Assembly (NCBI GenBank): GCA_026992315.1
Contig: JALXAG010000139.1
Coordinates: forward strand, 1 to 57,270
DNA from: Sneathiellales bacterium
Lineage (GTDB): Bacteria; Pseudomonadota; Alphaproteobacteria; Minwuiales; Minwuiaceae
Length of the DNA: 57,270 nt
Direction: 5' to 3'
The notes below the pieces were generated by a model. It was not told the origin of the DNA and did not search any database. It saw only the letters and a program-made list of their open reading frames with translations. The position numbers and the translations under genes were made by a program. Positions 41,299 to 50,140 of the stretch are shown piece by piece (positions within the stretch are counted from its first letter, which is position 1; every line of letters begins with the position of its first letter).

Positions 41299-43434
41299 AT
41301 GATCGAATTTCATGTTGAATCCGATGGGGTCGCGGTCCTGACCTGGAATGTCACCGACCGGCCGATGAATGTGCTGAACGAGGCCAGCATCGCGGCTTTC
41401 GAAGCGGCCATGGAAAAGGTGCTGAGCGACGATGCCATCAAGGGGGCGGTTGTCACCTCCTCGCACAAGGAATTCATCGTCGGCGCCGATATCCGCATGC
41501 TTGAGGAAATGGGTGACACCGCCGAAGAAATCTATGCCAAGGGGGCGCGCATTCAGGCGCTTTTCCGCCGCCTTGAAACCGGCGGGAAACCCTTTGTGGC
41601 CGCAATCAACGGTCATGCCCTCGGTGGCGGTTACGAGCTGTGCCTGGCCTGTCACCGGCGGATCGCGGCCGAAGAGGGGCGCATCAAGATCGGCTTGCCG
41701 GAAAGCAAGCTGGGCCTGCTGCCGGGTGGCGGCGGTACCCAGCGGCTGCCTCGGCTGATCGGGATTCAGCAGGCGGTGCCGCTGATGCTGGAAGGGCGGG
41801 ATGTCGATCAGCGCCGGGCGTTGAAGATGGGCATGATCGACGAGCTGGTTCCGGCCGGAGAGCTGGTCGGCCGTGCCCGCCAGTGGGTGCTGGAACAGGG
41901 GGATGAAAAAATCCTTCAGCCGTGGGACAGCAAGGGATACCGCATTCCGGGCGGCGGTGTGCAGACGCCCAAGGTGCAGCAGTTCTTCGTTGCCGGCAAT
42001 GCCCTGCTGCGCGAAAAGACCTATGGCAATTATCCGGCGCAGCGCAACATCATGTCCTGCGTTTTCGAAGGATTGCAGACCGATCTGGATACGGGGCTGA
42101 AGATCGAAACCCGTTATTTCGCCAATTGCCTGCTTTCGCCGGAAGCGAAAAACATGATCCGCTTCTTCTTCTCGATGACCGATGCCAATAAATTGTCGCG
42201 CCGTCCGAAGGATGTGGAAAAAAGCCGCTTCAGCCGTATCGGCGTGCTCGGTGCGGGCATGATGGGGGCGGGAATAGCCTATGTTACCGCCGCCGCCGGC
42301 ATGGAGGTGGTGCTGATCGATACCAGCCAGGAAGCAGCGGAAAAGGGGCGCGATTACAGCCGCGCCCTGGTGGAAAAGCAAATGAAGCGCGCTCGCCTGA
42401 CTCAGGCGGCGGCGGATGCCCTGCTGGACCGCATTCATCCGACGACCGATTTCGCCGATCTGGCCGGCTGCGAGCTGGTGATCGAGGCGGTTTTCGAGGA
42501 TCGGGCCATCAAGGCCGATGTCACGGCCAGGGCCGAAGCGGTGGTTGGCGAGGATGCGGTTTTTGCCTCCAACACGTCGACCTTGCCGATTTCCGGTCTG
42601 GCGGAGGCCAGCAGCCGTCCGGCAATGTTCATCGGGCTGCACTTCTTCTCGCCGGTCGAGAAAATGCCGTTGGTCGAAATCATCCGCGGACGCGAGACCG
42701 GTGCCGTTGCCCTGGCCCGTGCCATGGATTTTGTCCGGGCCATCGGCAAGACGCCGATTGTCGTCAATGACAGCCGGGGTTTCTTTACCAGCCGGGTGTT
42801 CGCCACCTATGTGCGCGAGGGGCTGGCGATGCTGGCCGAAGGGGTGAAGCCGGCGCTGATCGAAAATGCCGGGCGGATGGCCGGCATGCCGGTCGGGCCG
42901 CTGGCGCTGGCCGATGAAGTGTCGATCGAGCTGATGTACAAGATCATGAAGCAGACAAGGGCCGATCTGGGCGATGCCTATGTGGTCCAGCCCGGCGATG
43001 ACGTCATCGTCAAATGGGTCGAGGAGCTGGGCCGTATCGGCAAGAAGGCCGGCAAGGGCTTCTATGAATATCCGCAGGATGGCGGAAAATTCCTCTGGCC
43101 CGGCATCGGCGACCATTACCCGCTGGCCGCCAGCCAGCCCGATGTGCAGGAACTGATCCGGCGCATGCTCTATATTCAGGCCGTGGAAAGCGCCCGCTGC
43201 ATGGAAGAAGGGGTGGTGGAAGACCCGCGCGATGCCGATGTCGGCTCGGTCATGGGCTGGGGATTCCCGCCCTTTCACGGCGGTGTTGCCAGCCTGGTCG
43301 ATGAGGTGGGGGCGGATGCCTTCGTCGCCCGCTGCGAAGGGCTGGCGCAGAAATATGGCGCCCGCTTCAGCCCGCCGCAATCGCTGCGCGATCTGGCGGC
43401 GGCGGGCAATGGCTATTACGGCCGTGCCGCCTGA
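41299..43434 (+). CDS. fatty-acid oxidation multifunctional protein, enoyl-CoA hydratase / 3-hydroxyacyl-CoA dehydrogenase (FadB/FadJ-type, ECH-first)
   Basis: 711 aa. N-terminal crotonase ..[38 protein letters not shown].., then Rossmann ..[16 protein letters not shown]... Confidence 0.92.
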   Translation: MIEFHVESDGVAVLTWNVTDRPMNVLNEASIAAFEAAMEKVLSDDAIKGAVVTSSHKEFIVGADIRMLEEMGDTAEEIYAKGARIQALFRRLETGGKPFVAAINGHALGGGYELCLACHRRIAAEEGRIKIGLPESKLGLLPGGGGTQRLPRLIGIQQAVPLMLEGRDVDQRRALKMGMIDELVPAGELVGRARQWVLEQGDEKILQPWDSKGYRIPGGGVQTPKVQQFFVAGNALLREKTYGNYPAQRNIMSCVFEGLQTDLDTGLKIETRYFANCLLSPEAKNMIRFFFSMTDANKLSRRPKDVEKSRFSRIGVLGAGMMGAGIAYVTAAAGMEVVLIDTSQEAAEKGRDYSRALVEKQMKRARLTQAAADALLDRIHPTTDFADLAGCELVIEAVFEDRAIKADVTARAEAVVGEDAVFASNTSTLPISGLAEASSRPAMFIGLHFFSPVEKMPLVEIIRGRETGAVALARAMDFVRAIGKTPIVVNDSRGFFTSRVFATYVREGLAMLAEGVKPALIENAGRMAGMPVGPLALADEVSIELMYKIMKQTRADLGDAYVVQPGDDVIVKWVEELGRIGKKAGKGFYEYPQDGGKFLWPGIGDHYPLAASQPDVQELIRRMLYIQAVESARCMEEGVVEDPRDADVGSVMGWGFPPFHGGVASLVDEVGADAFVARCEGLAQKYGARFSPPQSLRDLAAAGNGYYGRAA

Positions 43435-43450
43435 ACCCGGTGGTTGGCGT

Positions 43451-43485
43451 CGCCCCTGCCTCGTGGCGGGGGCGGCATTTATTTG
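43451..43485 (+). terminator. hairpin plus T-rich tail after the FadB-type gene (convergent junction with the FlgC-like gene)
   Basis: CGCCCCTGCC-TCGT-GGCGGGGGCG (10-bp stem, one G-U) followed by GCATTTATTTG. Confidence 0.45.
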
Positions 43486-43880
43486 TTGAAGGCCGACAGC
43501 AGCGCGCGATCCATGTCTTCCTGAGTGCGCACCAGGGAAGCGGCCGCCTTGTATTGCAGGGCGGCCTGTTTCTGGGTTACGGCCTCTTCGACATAATCGA
43601 CATTGGGAAAGGCGCTGTAGCCGGTGGGGCTGGACGGATCCGGCCCGACATAGGCCGAAGGGCTGCGTTCGCGGCTGACCGCCCGGACCCCGCCGCCGGG
43701 GGCGGATGTGAGGTCCACATCCTGGGCCCGATAGGCCGCCGTCACCCTGGCGGGGTCGACGGCTTCGCCTTTTTCCACCGGTTTGGTGGAACGGGCATTG
43801 ACGGTATTGCTGGCGGATACAGCCAGCTTGCGCGATGCCGCGTTCATTCCCGACACGGCTATGGGGAGAATATCGACCAT
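43479..43880 (-). CDS. flagellar basal-body rod protein FlgC-like (orphan copy)
   Basis: 133 aa. N-terminal rod motif ..[22 protein letters not shown].. and C-terminal ..[38 protein letters not shown]... As recalled, these are collinear with the FlgC N- and C-terminal conserved segments. Confidence 0.7.
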   Translation of the reverse strand: MVDILPIAVSGMNAASRKLAVSASNTVNARSTKPVEKGEAVDPARVTAAYRAQDVDLTSAPGGGVRAVSRERSPSAYVGPDPSSPTGYSAFPNVDYVEEAVTQKQAALQYKAAASLVRTQEDMDRALLSAFNK

Positions 43881-43948
43881 GGCCCCAGACTGGTATTTCG
43901 GGCGGCGCGAGTCAATATTTTTTATTTAATTCAAAGGCTTATAAAATT

Positions 43949-44743
43949 TTATCCATTGTGGGCGCGCTCCTTTCGCGCCGCGGCGCGTTCGGCAAGCAGG
44001 CTTTTGTAAAGATCGGTATCGACGATCAGATCGGGCAGATGCTCGCGGACCTCGTCCGTGGGTACCCAGCCTTCACGTACCATCATCGGCTTTTCAAACG
44101 TCAGATCGACTATGGTGTTCATGGAACGGCTGCCTGCGGCCTGCCCGGCCGATGTCGGGCCGTCATCGAGATAAATATCGACCTGTTCGCCAAGATCGCA
44201 GGCGGCCTTTTCCAGACTGACGTGAATATCCCCCTGTCCGGAGATATTGGCGCTGGTGGCGGCGACCGGCCCTTCGAAGGCCTCCAGCACCGCGCGGAAG
44301 ACCGGATGGGTCGTCGATGAAATGGCAATGGTGCCAAGCCCGCAGGTCAGCCTTTCGCAGAAGGGGTAAAGCTGTGGCAGGATGAAGCATATCTCTCCGG
44401 GCAGCATTGCCTCGACCGCGCGGCGCTGTTGCCCTTCGGGAAGGACGACATATTCGCGGATGCGTGCCGGATCGGCGATCTGCACCGGCAGGGGGCCCAG
44501 CTTGACGCGCTTTTTGGCAGCGAAGACCTTTTCCACGGCTTCCGGGTTGGTGGCATCGCAGAGCAGGCAGTAATTGGTAATCGTGGGGCTGACGATGATG
44601 CCGCCTTCGCGCATGGCCTGAACCGCGCGTTCGATATGGGCGGGCGTGGCAGAGAGAATGCGTTCGGCGACGGAGAGGCCGAGATCGGCACGGCTGATTT
44701 CATCGCTGTTTCTGAGGGGGGATGTCTTCATCTCGGGCTCCAT
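43949..44743 (-). CDS. YrdC/Sua5/TsaC-fold protein (stand-alone YrdC-like domain), paralog B
   Basis: 264 aa. ..GGIIVSPTITNYCLLCDATNPEAVEKVFAAKKRVKLGPLPVQ.. (K-x-R motif region) and ..PVAATSANISGQG... No Sua5 C-terminal domain or other fused domain recognised. Alternative start ATG 44731. Confidence 0.75.
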   Translation of the reverse strand: MEPEMKTSPLRNSDEISRADLGLSVAERILSATPAHIERAVQAMREGGIIVSPTITNYCLLCDATNPEAVEKVFAAKKRVKLGPLPVQIADPARIREYVVLPEGQQRRAVEAMLPGEICFILPQLYPFCERLTCGLGTIAISSTTHPVFRAVLEAFEGPVAATSANISGQGDIHVSLEKAACDLGEQVDIYLDDGPTSAGQAAGSRSMNTIVDLTFEKPMMVREGWVPTDEVREHLPDLIVDTDLYKSLLAERAAARKERAHNG

Positions 44744-44760
44744 GATTCTGTTTGCGGGAC

Positions 44761-45963
44761 TCAGGAACGGGCGGGGGACGGCTGCAGCCGTGCTGCGGCG
44801 GCGAGGAAGAACAGGGTGACGATGCCGCTCAATACGGCGAAGCCGATCATCAGCGTGGCAAAGTCATAGCGGGAAAGCACCCAGCCGCCGAACACGATGG
44901 CGAAGGCATTGGCCACGCCATAGAGACGCTCCATGCGCGAAATGGCGTTGCTGCGGGTTTTTGTCGGCAGGCCGATGCCGTTCAGGGCGCTCATCGTCAG
45001 GGGGCGGACACAGCCGGCGGCAAGCCCCAATGCCGTGATCGCGGCCAGCCCGGGAACGATGCTGCCGGGCCAGAAAAGCGGGCTGGCGCCGAAGAGGGCG
45101 AGAGAGAATATGATCAGCGTCAGAACAAGAGACGTGGCCGTACGAATGCCTGTTGCCGCCATGATCGCGCCGGCCTGCCGGGCGCTGAAGAACGCCGCCA
45201 GGGTGAACAGGCTGAGCACGAGGCCGAAATAGTACAGATCGATTTTCAGGATCAGGAAGAAATAATACGGCAGGAAAGCGACGAAGATCGACAGGGCGGT
45301 GGCGCGGATGATGACATAGAATGCGGCCCAGAACCGTTGTTCGAAACGGTGATGGCCTGCCGCTGCGTTCTCATCTTCCGGAGCAGCGCTTGTCGGTGTC
45401 GCAGAGGCCGGGGTGGCGCCTGTGCGGGCGCGGTAGGGGATCATGAACATCGCTGCCGCCGCCAGCAATGCCGCCCCGGCCGCGGCAAGAAACGGCAGCT
45501 CCGGCCGGTAGCGGAACAGGATGGAGCCACTGGTGCCAGCCAGCAGCATGCCGATGAATACCCAGGACTGGGAGCGCGCTTCGTGCCGGCGATAGGCCGT
45601 CATCTCGTCATCGGCGAACTGGGCTCGCAGCAGGGCGGAATCCGTGCCCTGGGCCAGGGCATAGCCAATGCCGCCCAGGATCTGTGCCAGCAGGAAGCCC
45701 GGCACTTCGGGCCAGGATACCATGACCAGAAGCCCGCCGGCCTTGGCGATTTCGCCGCCGCCAATGACGATTTTCAGCGACAGGCGGGTGGCGAGAACGG
45801 GCGCCAGCGGTGCCGTCAGTGCCAGTGTCATCGCATAAACGGCAATCAGAAGCTCGACGGTGAACAGATCGGAGCCATGAAGATAGAGAAAGACGAAAAT
45901 GACGGGCAGATGGAAATAGAGACGGGAGATGATGCGATAGGCGTAAAACAGTTTTACGTTCAT
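44761..45963 (-). CDS. MFS transporter
   Basis: 400 aa with about 12 hydrophobic segments and a central Pro/Ala/Thr-rich loop. Sits in the operon between the amidohydrolase and YrdC-like B. Confidence 0.8.
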   Translation of the reverse strand: MNVKLFYAYRIISRLYFHLPVIFVFLYLHGSDLFTVELLIAVYAMTLALTAPLAPVLATRLSLKIVIGGGEIAKAGGLLVMVSWPEVPGFLLAQILGGIGYALAQGTDSALLRAQFADDEMTAYRRHEARSQSWVFIGMLLAGTSGSILFRYRPELPFLAAAGAALLAAAAMFMIPYRARTGATPASATPTSAAPEDENAAAGHHRFEQRFWAAFYVIIRATALSIFVAFLPYYFFLILKIDLYYFGLVLSLFTLAAFFSARQAGAIMAATGIRTATSLVLTLIIFSLALFGASPLFWPGSIVPGLAAITALGLAAGCVRPLTMSALNGIGLPTKTRSNAISRMERLYGVANAFAIVFGGWVLSRYDFATLMIGFAVLSGIVTLFFLAAAARLQPSPARS

Positions 45964-46010
45964 GATCTTTCCGTTGTTTTCCGTTCTGCCCGCCCGATTG
46001 ACGCGGTGCG

Positions 46011-47159
46011 TTATTCGGCCGCCGCCCTGTGCCGGAGGGCCGGCAGGCGATAGAAGGCCCTGGCATTGCTGACCAGGATTTTTTCGTGGTCCGTCAGCTC
46101 GCTGTTCTGGGCCACGACTTCATAGGCCTTCAGAAGCTGCCCCCCCTCGAAGTGGATATGGGGGAAATCCGCCGCGATCATCAGCTTGTCCGTGCCGATG
46201 AGTTTTGCGAAACCGGCGAGGTTTTCCTCGTCCCCCTCGCAGGAGAAGGCTACATTACCGCCTTTAACATAGTCCAAAGCCTTATTAGCACTACCCCAAG
46301 GGGAAACAGTCGGTATTGAGTACCATGCATTGAGGCGTTTGAACAGGGCCTCGTAAAGCACGGTCGAACCTTCGATGAAGGCGACACGCAGATCGGGAAA
46401 ACGGTCCAGAATACCGCCGCCGAACATGGAATAGGCCCCCATCAGCACCGATATGTCGAAGCCGAACATGTATGAGGTGGCAACCGTGTCGCAGGTGGAA
46501 ACGAGGCCGTCATGCCCCCAGCCGACATGCACGGCGACGGGCATGTCCTCGTCCACGCAGGCCTGCCAGAAGGGATCGTGCAGGGGGTCGTGCAGGAAGC
46601 GGTTGCCGGCCGTGCCCAGCACCATGACCGCGACGGCACCGAGTGCCTTGGCCCGGCGCATTTCCCCGATGGCACCGGGAACATGGCGCAGCCCGACCGG
46701 GGCGGCGAAGAACAGCCGTTCCGGGAAGGCGGCGCATTGCTCGGCCATGTAATCGTTATAGGCGCGCATCAGCGCCGCTTCGAAGGCCAGATCGTCGGTC
46801 AGGTTCTGCAGGAACAGGGTCGGATAGAGCACGGACTGCAGGATGCACTGGCGGTCCATGTCGGCGATGCGGGCAGCCGGATCCTCGAGGGTTTGCGAGG
46901 CGATGGCCACCGGTTTGCCCTTGGCATGATCGGTCAGCGGCGGCGTGCCCATGGCGATGGCGCCATGGCCCCAGGGCTTGGGAAACAATGCCCCGTCGAT
47001 CAACCAGGAAAAATTGCGGTTGGGACGGATGCGATTGGTGAAGCCGACGGCCTGCGGCCGGCGGTCGGCAAAGGCGGGGTCGAGATGGTCCCAGACGGCA
47101 TCCGGCTCTTCGATATGGCTGTCGCTGTCGGTCATCCAGATATCTTTGCTGCTCATCAT
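46011..47159 (-). CDS. amidohydrolase_2 (ACMSD/LigW-type metal-dependent hydrolase/decarboxylase) family protein
   Basis: 382 aa. N-terminal ..MTDSDSHIEEP.., ..NDYMAEQ.., ..PVAVHVGWGH.. and a C-terminal ..AADFPHI.. pattern typical of PF04909-like TIM-barrel enzymes. The second ATG (47156) has better SD spacing. Confidence 0.72.
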   Translation of the reverse strand: MMSSKDIWMTDSDSHIEEPDAVWDHLDPAFADRRPQAVGFTNRIRPNRNFSWLIDGALFPKPWGHGAIAMGTPPLTDHAKGKPVAIASQTLEDPAARIADMDRQCILQSVLYPTLFLQNLTDDLAFEAALMRAYNDYMAEQCAAFPERLFFAAPVGLRHVPGAIGEMRRAKALGAVAVMVLGTAGNRFLHDPLHDPFWQACVDEDMPVAVHVGWGHDGLVSTCDTVATSYMFGFDISVLMGAYSMFGGGILDRFPDLRVAFIEGSTVLYEALFKRLNAWYSIPTVSPWGSANKALDYVKGGNVAFSCEGDEENLAGFAKLIGTDKLMIAADFPHIHFEGGQLLKAYEVVAQNSELTDHEKILVSNARAFYRLPALRHRAAAE

Positions 47160-47167
47160 ACCCTCCT

Positions 47168-47899
47168 TCAGGCTGTCAGGCGCTGATCTTCGCCGTCTTC
47201 ACGGGTGATGATTTCGTAATAGAAGTCATGCAGCCGCCGCCAGGCGCCCATGGCATCGCGGATGGTCTTTTCCGCCACCGGCAGGTAATCGGGCATTTCG
47301 TGGAAATATTTGGCGATCATGCGGCGCCGTCCGAGGGAATGTTCGACATCGTCTTCCGCATGGACGGGGAACCATTCCATCGCCTCGTCGGACAGGCCAT
47401 ACTGTTCCTGGAAGGCCTTGTGCATCTTGATGACGCCATCGGGAATTTGCGCTTCCAGGGCGTAATAGGCGGTCAGTCCCACCAGATAGTGATTGTCGCG
47501 GCACAGATCGATGACGAAATTGCAGTAGCGCATCACCTCCTCATGAGGCGGGTTGTTCAGCACCTCTTCCTCTGTTGTCCCCAGGGCACAGGCGAAGCGC
47601 ATCATCAGGCGGTAATGGCTTTCGGAACCCGATGTGTAGCCCGTTTCCTCGGCGATCAGGTTTTCCATCTCGAAGGCGCGGACATCCTCGGGAATGGAAC
47701 GGGAATGTATTGCCGAGAAAGCGCGAATCTGATGAAAGACCTGCCAGTATTTCTGCATCGCCCATTCGCGTACCAGATGTTTGGCGATCGGTCCGGCCGT
47801 AACGCGCTGCACGAAGCTGTGCTTGGTGTAGCGCAGCTCTTCGATGATCGGGTCGAGGCGGGCGAAGACATCCTCGGCGGTCAGTTCCCTGTTGCTCAT
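47168..47899 (-). CDS. haem-oxygenase-like fold protein (PqqC/TenA/iron-containing redox enzyme family)
   Basis: 243 aa, all-helical. ..HSFVQRVTAG..REWAMQKYWQV..AEETG..SHYRLMMRFACALG..EAQIP..FPVHAEDDVEHS.. resembles the PqqC/CADD-type layout, including Glu/His-rich helices. SD AAGGAGA 7 nt upstream. Confidence 0.62.
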   Translation of the reverse strand: MSNRELTAEDVFARLDPIIEELRYTKHSFVQRVTAGPIAKHLVREWAMQKYWQVFHQIRAFSAIHSRSIPEDVRAFEMENLIAEETGYTSGSESHYRLMMRFACALGTTEEEVLNNPPHEEVMRYCNFVIDLCRDNHYLVGLTAYYALEAQIPDGVIKMHKAFQEQYGLSDEAMEWFPVHAEDDVEHSLGRRRMIAKYFHEMPDYLPVAEKTIRDAMGAWRRLHDFYYEIITREDGEDQRLTA

Positions 47900-47926
47900 G
47901 GTTTTTCTCCTTGTATCGACGCCACG

Positions 47927-48679
47927 TCAGGCGCTGTGGCGTTGCAGTTTTTCGCGTAAGGGGCGGGCGGCTTCGTCGATCATGGCGAAGTTGACCCCCT
48001 TGCGGCGGATGCCGAAATCGCGCAGGTCGATCATGGTGGTGGCAAGACGGGCATCGTTGGCATGCAGACAGGTGCCGATGTTCAGCTTCCAGTCGACGTG
48101 ATCGACCAGTTCGGGGCCGCATTCCTCCATGCGATAGGAATTTCCCCGGGTCGAGACATTGCCGGATGTCGCCACCACCAGAACGTCATCGAGGGCGGCG
48201 CGTTTGACCAGGGCTTCGGCAAAGGTGCCGCAGCGAAGAAAGACGGCAATGGAATCCTCGCGCGATGTGTGCTCACGGACGAAAGGATCCATTTTCGCCA
48301 GCATGCGCGATCTCGGATTCTTCGGCCCTATCACCGCTATGGTCGTTTTGGCGGTGATCTCGTGCAGGAACTGCCAGGTCTCATCGGGCAAGGGCAGCAT
48401 CAGGTCGGGCAGAAGATTGAGATTGCCGACCGTGATCGCCGGGTTCCACAAGGGCCGCTGCTTCAGGCGGTACATTTTGCGCAGGCCGGATTCCCTGTAG
48501 CAGAACAGCCCGTAGCCGATATCGGCGGGGCCGAGCAGCAGCCCGCCCTTCATCATGCAGCGATAGGCGTCCTCGATCGTATCGTGCAGGCGTTCGGGAC
48601 CCAGGGCATCCTTGTCCTCAGGCGGTACGACGGCCAGCGGGCGGCCGTCATCGGTCATTTTGATGTCGGGTGCGTTCAA
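47927..48679 (-). CDS. YrdC/Sua5/TsaC-fold protein (stand-alone YrdC-like domain), paralog A
   Basis: ..GGLLLGPADIGYGLFCYRESGLRKMYRLKQRPLWNPAITV.. and ..VVATSGNVSTRGN... The in-frame TTG at 48679 has AAGGAGG six nt upstream. The track ORF starts at 48739; ATG 48658 is another option. Confidence 0.65.
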   Translation of the reverse strand: MNAPDIKMTDDGRPLAVVPPEDKDALGPERLHDTIEDAYRCMMKGGLLLGPADIGYGLFCYRESGLRKMYRLKQRPLWNPAITVGNLNLLPDLMLPLPDETWQFLHEITAKTTIAVIGPKNPRSRMLAKMDPFVREHTSREDSIAVFLRCGTFAEALVKRAALDDVLVVATSGNVSTRGNSYRMEECGPELVDHVDWKLNIGTCLHANDARLATTMIDLRDFGIRRKGVNFAMIDEAARPLREKLQRHSA

Positions 48680-48863
48680 GACGTTCCTCCTTGCAGGGGC
48701 GTGCCGGGCGTGCCGCCCTCGTGTTTGCTGATCTTTCATGATGGCCGTTGCTGATTAAGGCCAATGGCGGGAACAGCGGCAAGGTGCACATACAACTGTG
48801 GAAGGTGGTGATATCGCTGTATGCATATTTATGGGGCGGCAGTTTTTTTGCTTTGAAAAAAGC

Positions 48864-48875
48864 ACGAACGTTCGT
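48864..48875. promoter_or_regulatory. perfect 12-bp palindrome ACGAACGTTCGT, 11 nt upstream of the TetR start (candidate TetR operator in the divergent promoter region)
   Basis: Read directly. Adjacent inverted repeat TGCTTT-GAAA-AAAGCA at 48849-48864. Confidence 0.5.
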
Positions 48876-48886
48876 ATTATTAAGAG

Positions 48887-49525
48887 ATGCAGAAAGGGCA
48901 GAAAACACGCGAACGCATTATCGAGGCCGCCCTGGCCGCAGCGACCCATCGCGGCCTGGAGGGGATATCCATCGGTGCCCTGGCAAAGGAAACTGGCCTG
49001 TCGAAAAGCGGGTTGTTCCGGCATTTCGGTTCGAAGGAGGCGCTGCAGATCGCCGTGGTTCAGCGGGTGACGGACCGCTTCGGCGATATCGTGATCAGGC
49101 CCGCCTTGAATGAAACCAGCGGTGTGGAGCGTCTGCGCAGTCTGTTTGCCCATTATTCCGATTGGCTGGCATCGAGTGAAGGCGATGAAAGGGAAGGCTT
49201 TCATCCCGGCTGCCCCTTCTTCGCCATGGCATCCGACAATGCGCTGCTCGCCGGGCCTGTCCGGATCTTCATCGCCGCCCAGACGCAGCGTCTGCGCGAA
49301 ACGGTCGAGCGAATGGCCTGGAAGGCCGTGGACGAAGGGACGTTTCGCGAGGATCTCGATGTCAGTCGTTTTGCCTTCGCCCTGATCAGTCTGATTTTCG
49401 GTTTCAATTTTTTCCGCCGTATTCACGACGATTCCGCTTATGCCGTCTGGGCAGCCGATGCCTTCGAGGATCTGCTGACGGATGCGGCACGCCGGCCCGC
49501 CGTGGCCTCAGATAATGGAGAATGA
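48887..49525 (+). CDS. TetR/AcrR family transcriptional regulator
   Basis: 212 aa. ..RERIIEAALAAATHRGLEGISIGALAKETGLSKSGLFRHFGSKEALQ.. is the TetR HTH. Confidence 0.9.
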   Translation: MQKGQKTRERIIEAALAAATHRGLEGISIGALAKETGLSKSGLFRHFGSKEALQIAVVQRVTDRFGDIVIRPALNETSGVERLRSLFAHYSDWLASSEGDEREGFHPGCPFFAMASDNALLAGPVRIFIAAQTQRLRETVERMAWKAVDEGTFREDLDVSRFAFALISLIFGFNFFRRIHDDSAYAVWAADAFEDLLTDAARRPAVASDNGE

Positions 49526-50057
49526 CGTGAACAACGCTTCCGCAGCCCAGGATGAATACATCGTCGAGGATATCGTCAACGACATCGCCCCAAGACCGGT
49601 GTCGAAGGCTGAAATGATGAAAATGGATGGCTATCACATCATGAAGGGCATGATGGATGGCCTGATGCCACCGCCGCCGATCGCCATGTTGCTCGATTTT
49701 ACCATCCGGCGTATCGCCCGGGGGGAATGCGATTTCAAGGGGCCGGCCAAGCCGGAATTCTGTAACCCCTATGGCACCGTGCATGGCGGCTATTTGGCGA
49801 CGTTGCTGGATTCGGCCATGACCTGCGCCGTTCAGACGACCCTGCCGCCGGCCACCGCCTGTACCACGGTGGAGCTGAAGGTCAATTATGTTCGTGCCGT
49901 TCCCGGTGACGGACGCATGCTGCATGCCAGGGCCAGGATCATCCATGGCGGGCGTAAGCTGATGACTTCGGAAGCGCGGCTGGAGGATGATGACGGCAAG
50001 CTCTATGCCCATTCCACAACCACGGTCATGGCGCTGCCCCTTCAGCCGCAGGGCTGA
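49515..50057 (+). CDS. PaaI-family (hotdog-fold) thioesterase
   Basis: ..NPYGTVHGGYLATLLDSAM..VELKVNYVRAV..ARIIHGGRKLMTSEARL... The start ATG 49515 overlaps the TetR 3' end by 11 nt. Confidence 0.8.
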   Translation: MENDVNNASAAQDEYIVEDIVNDIAPRPVSKAEMMKMDGYHIMKGMMDGLMPPPPIAMLLDFTIRRIARGECDFKGPAKPEFCNPYGTVHGGYLATLLDSAMTCAVQTTLPPATACTTVELKVNYVRAVPGDGRMLHARARIIHGGRKLMTSEARLEDDDGKLYAHSTTTVMALPLQPQG

Positions 50058-50140
50058 AGCCTTCGCCGCATATACCGGCTTCCCATATACGCCGGTCTGC
50101 CGCCGATGCAGCGCTCCCTGTCGTTTTGCGGCGGGTCCCT

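Noticed and set aside
43881-43948. FliA (sigma28)-type promoter upstream of the FlgC-like gene (TAAA-N17-GCCCGAAA on the minus strand)
   Set aside because: Spacing and the -10 element deviate from the TAAA-N15-GCCGATAA consensus, and alphaproteobacterial flagellar promoters differ. This is mentioned only as something to test.
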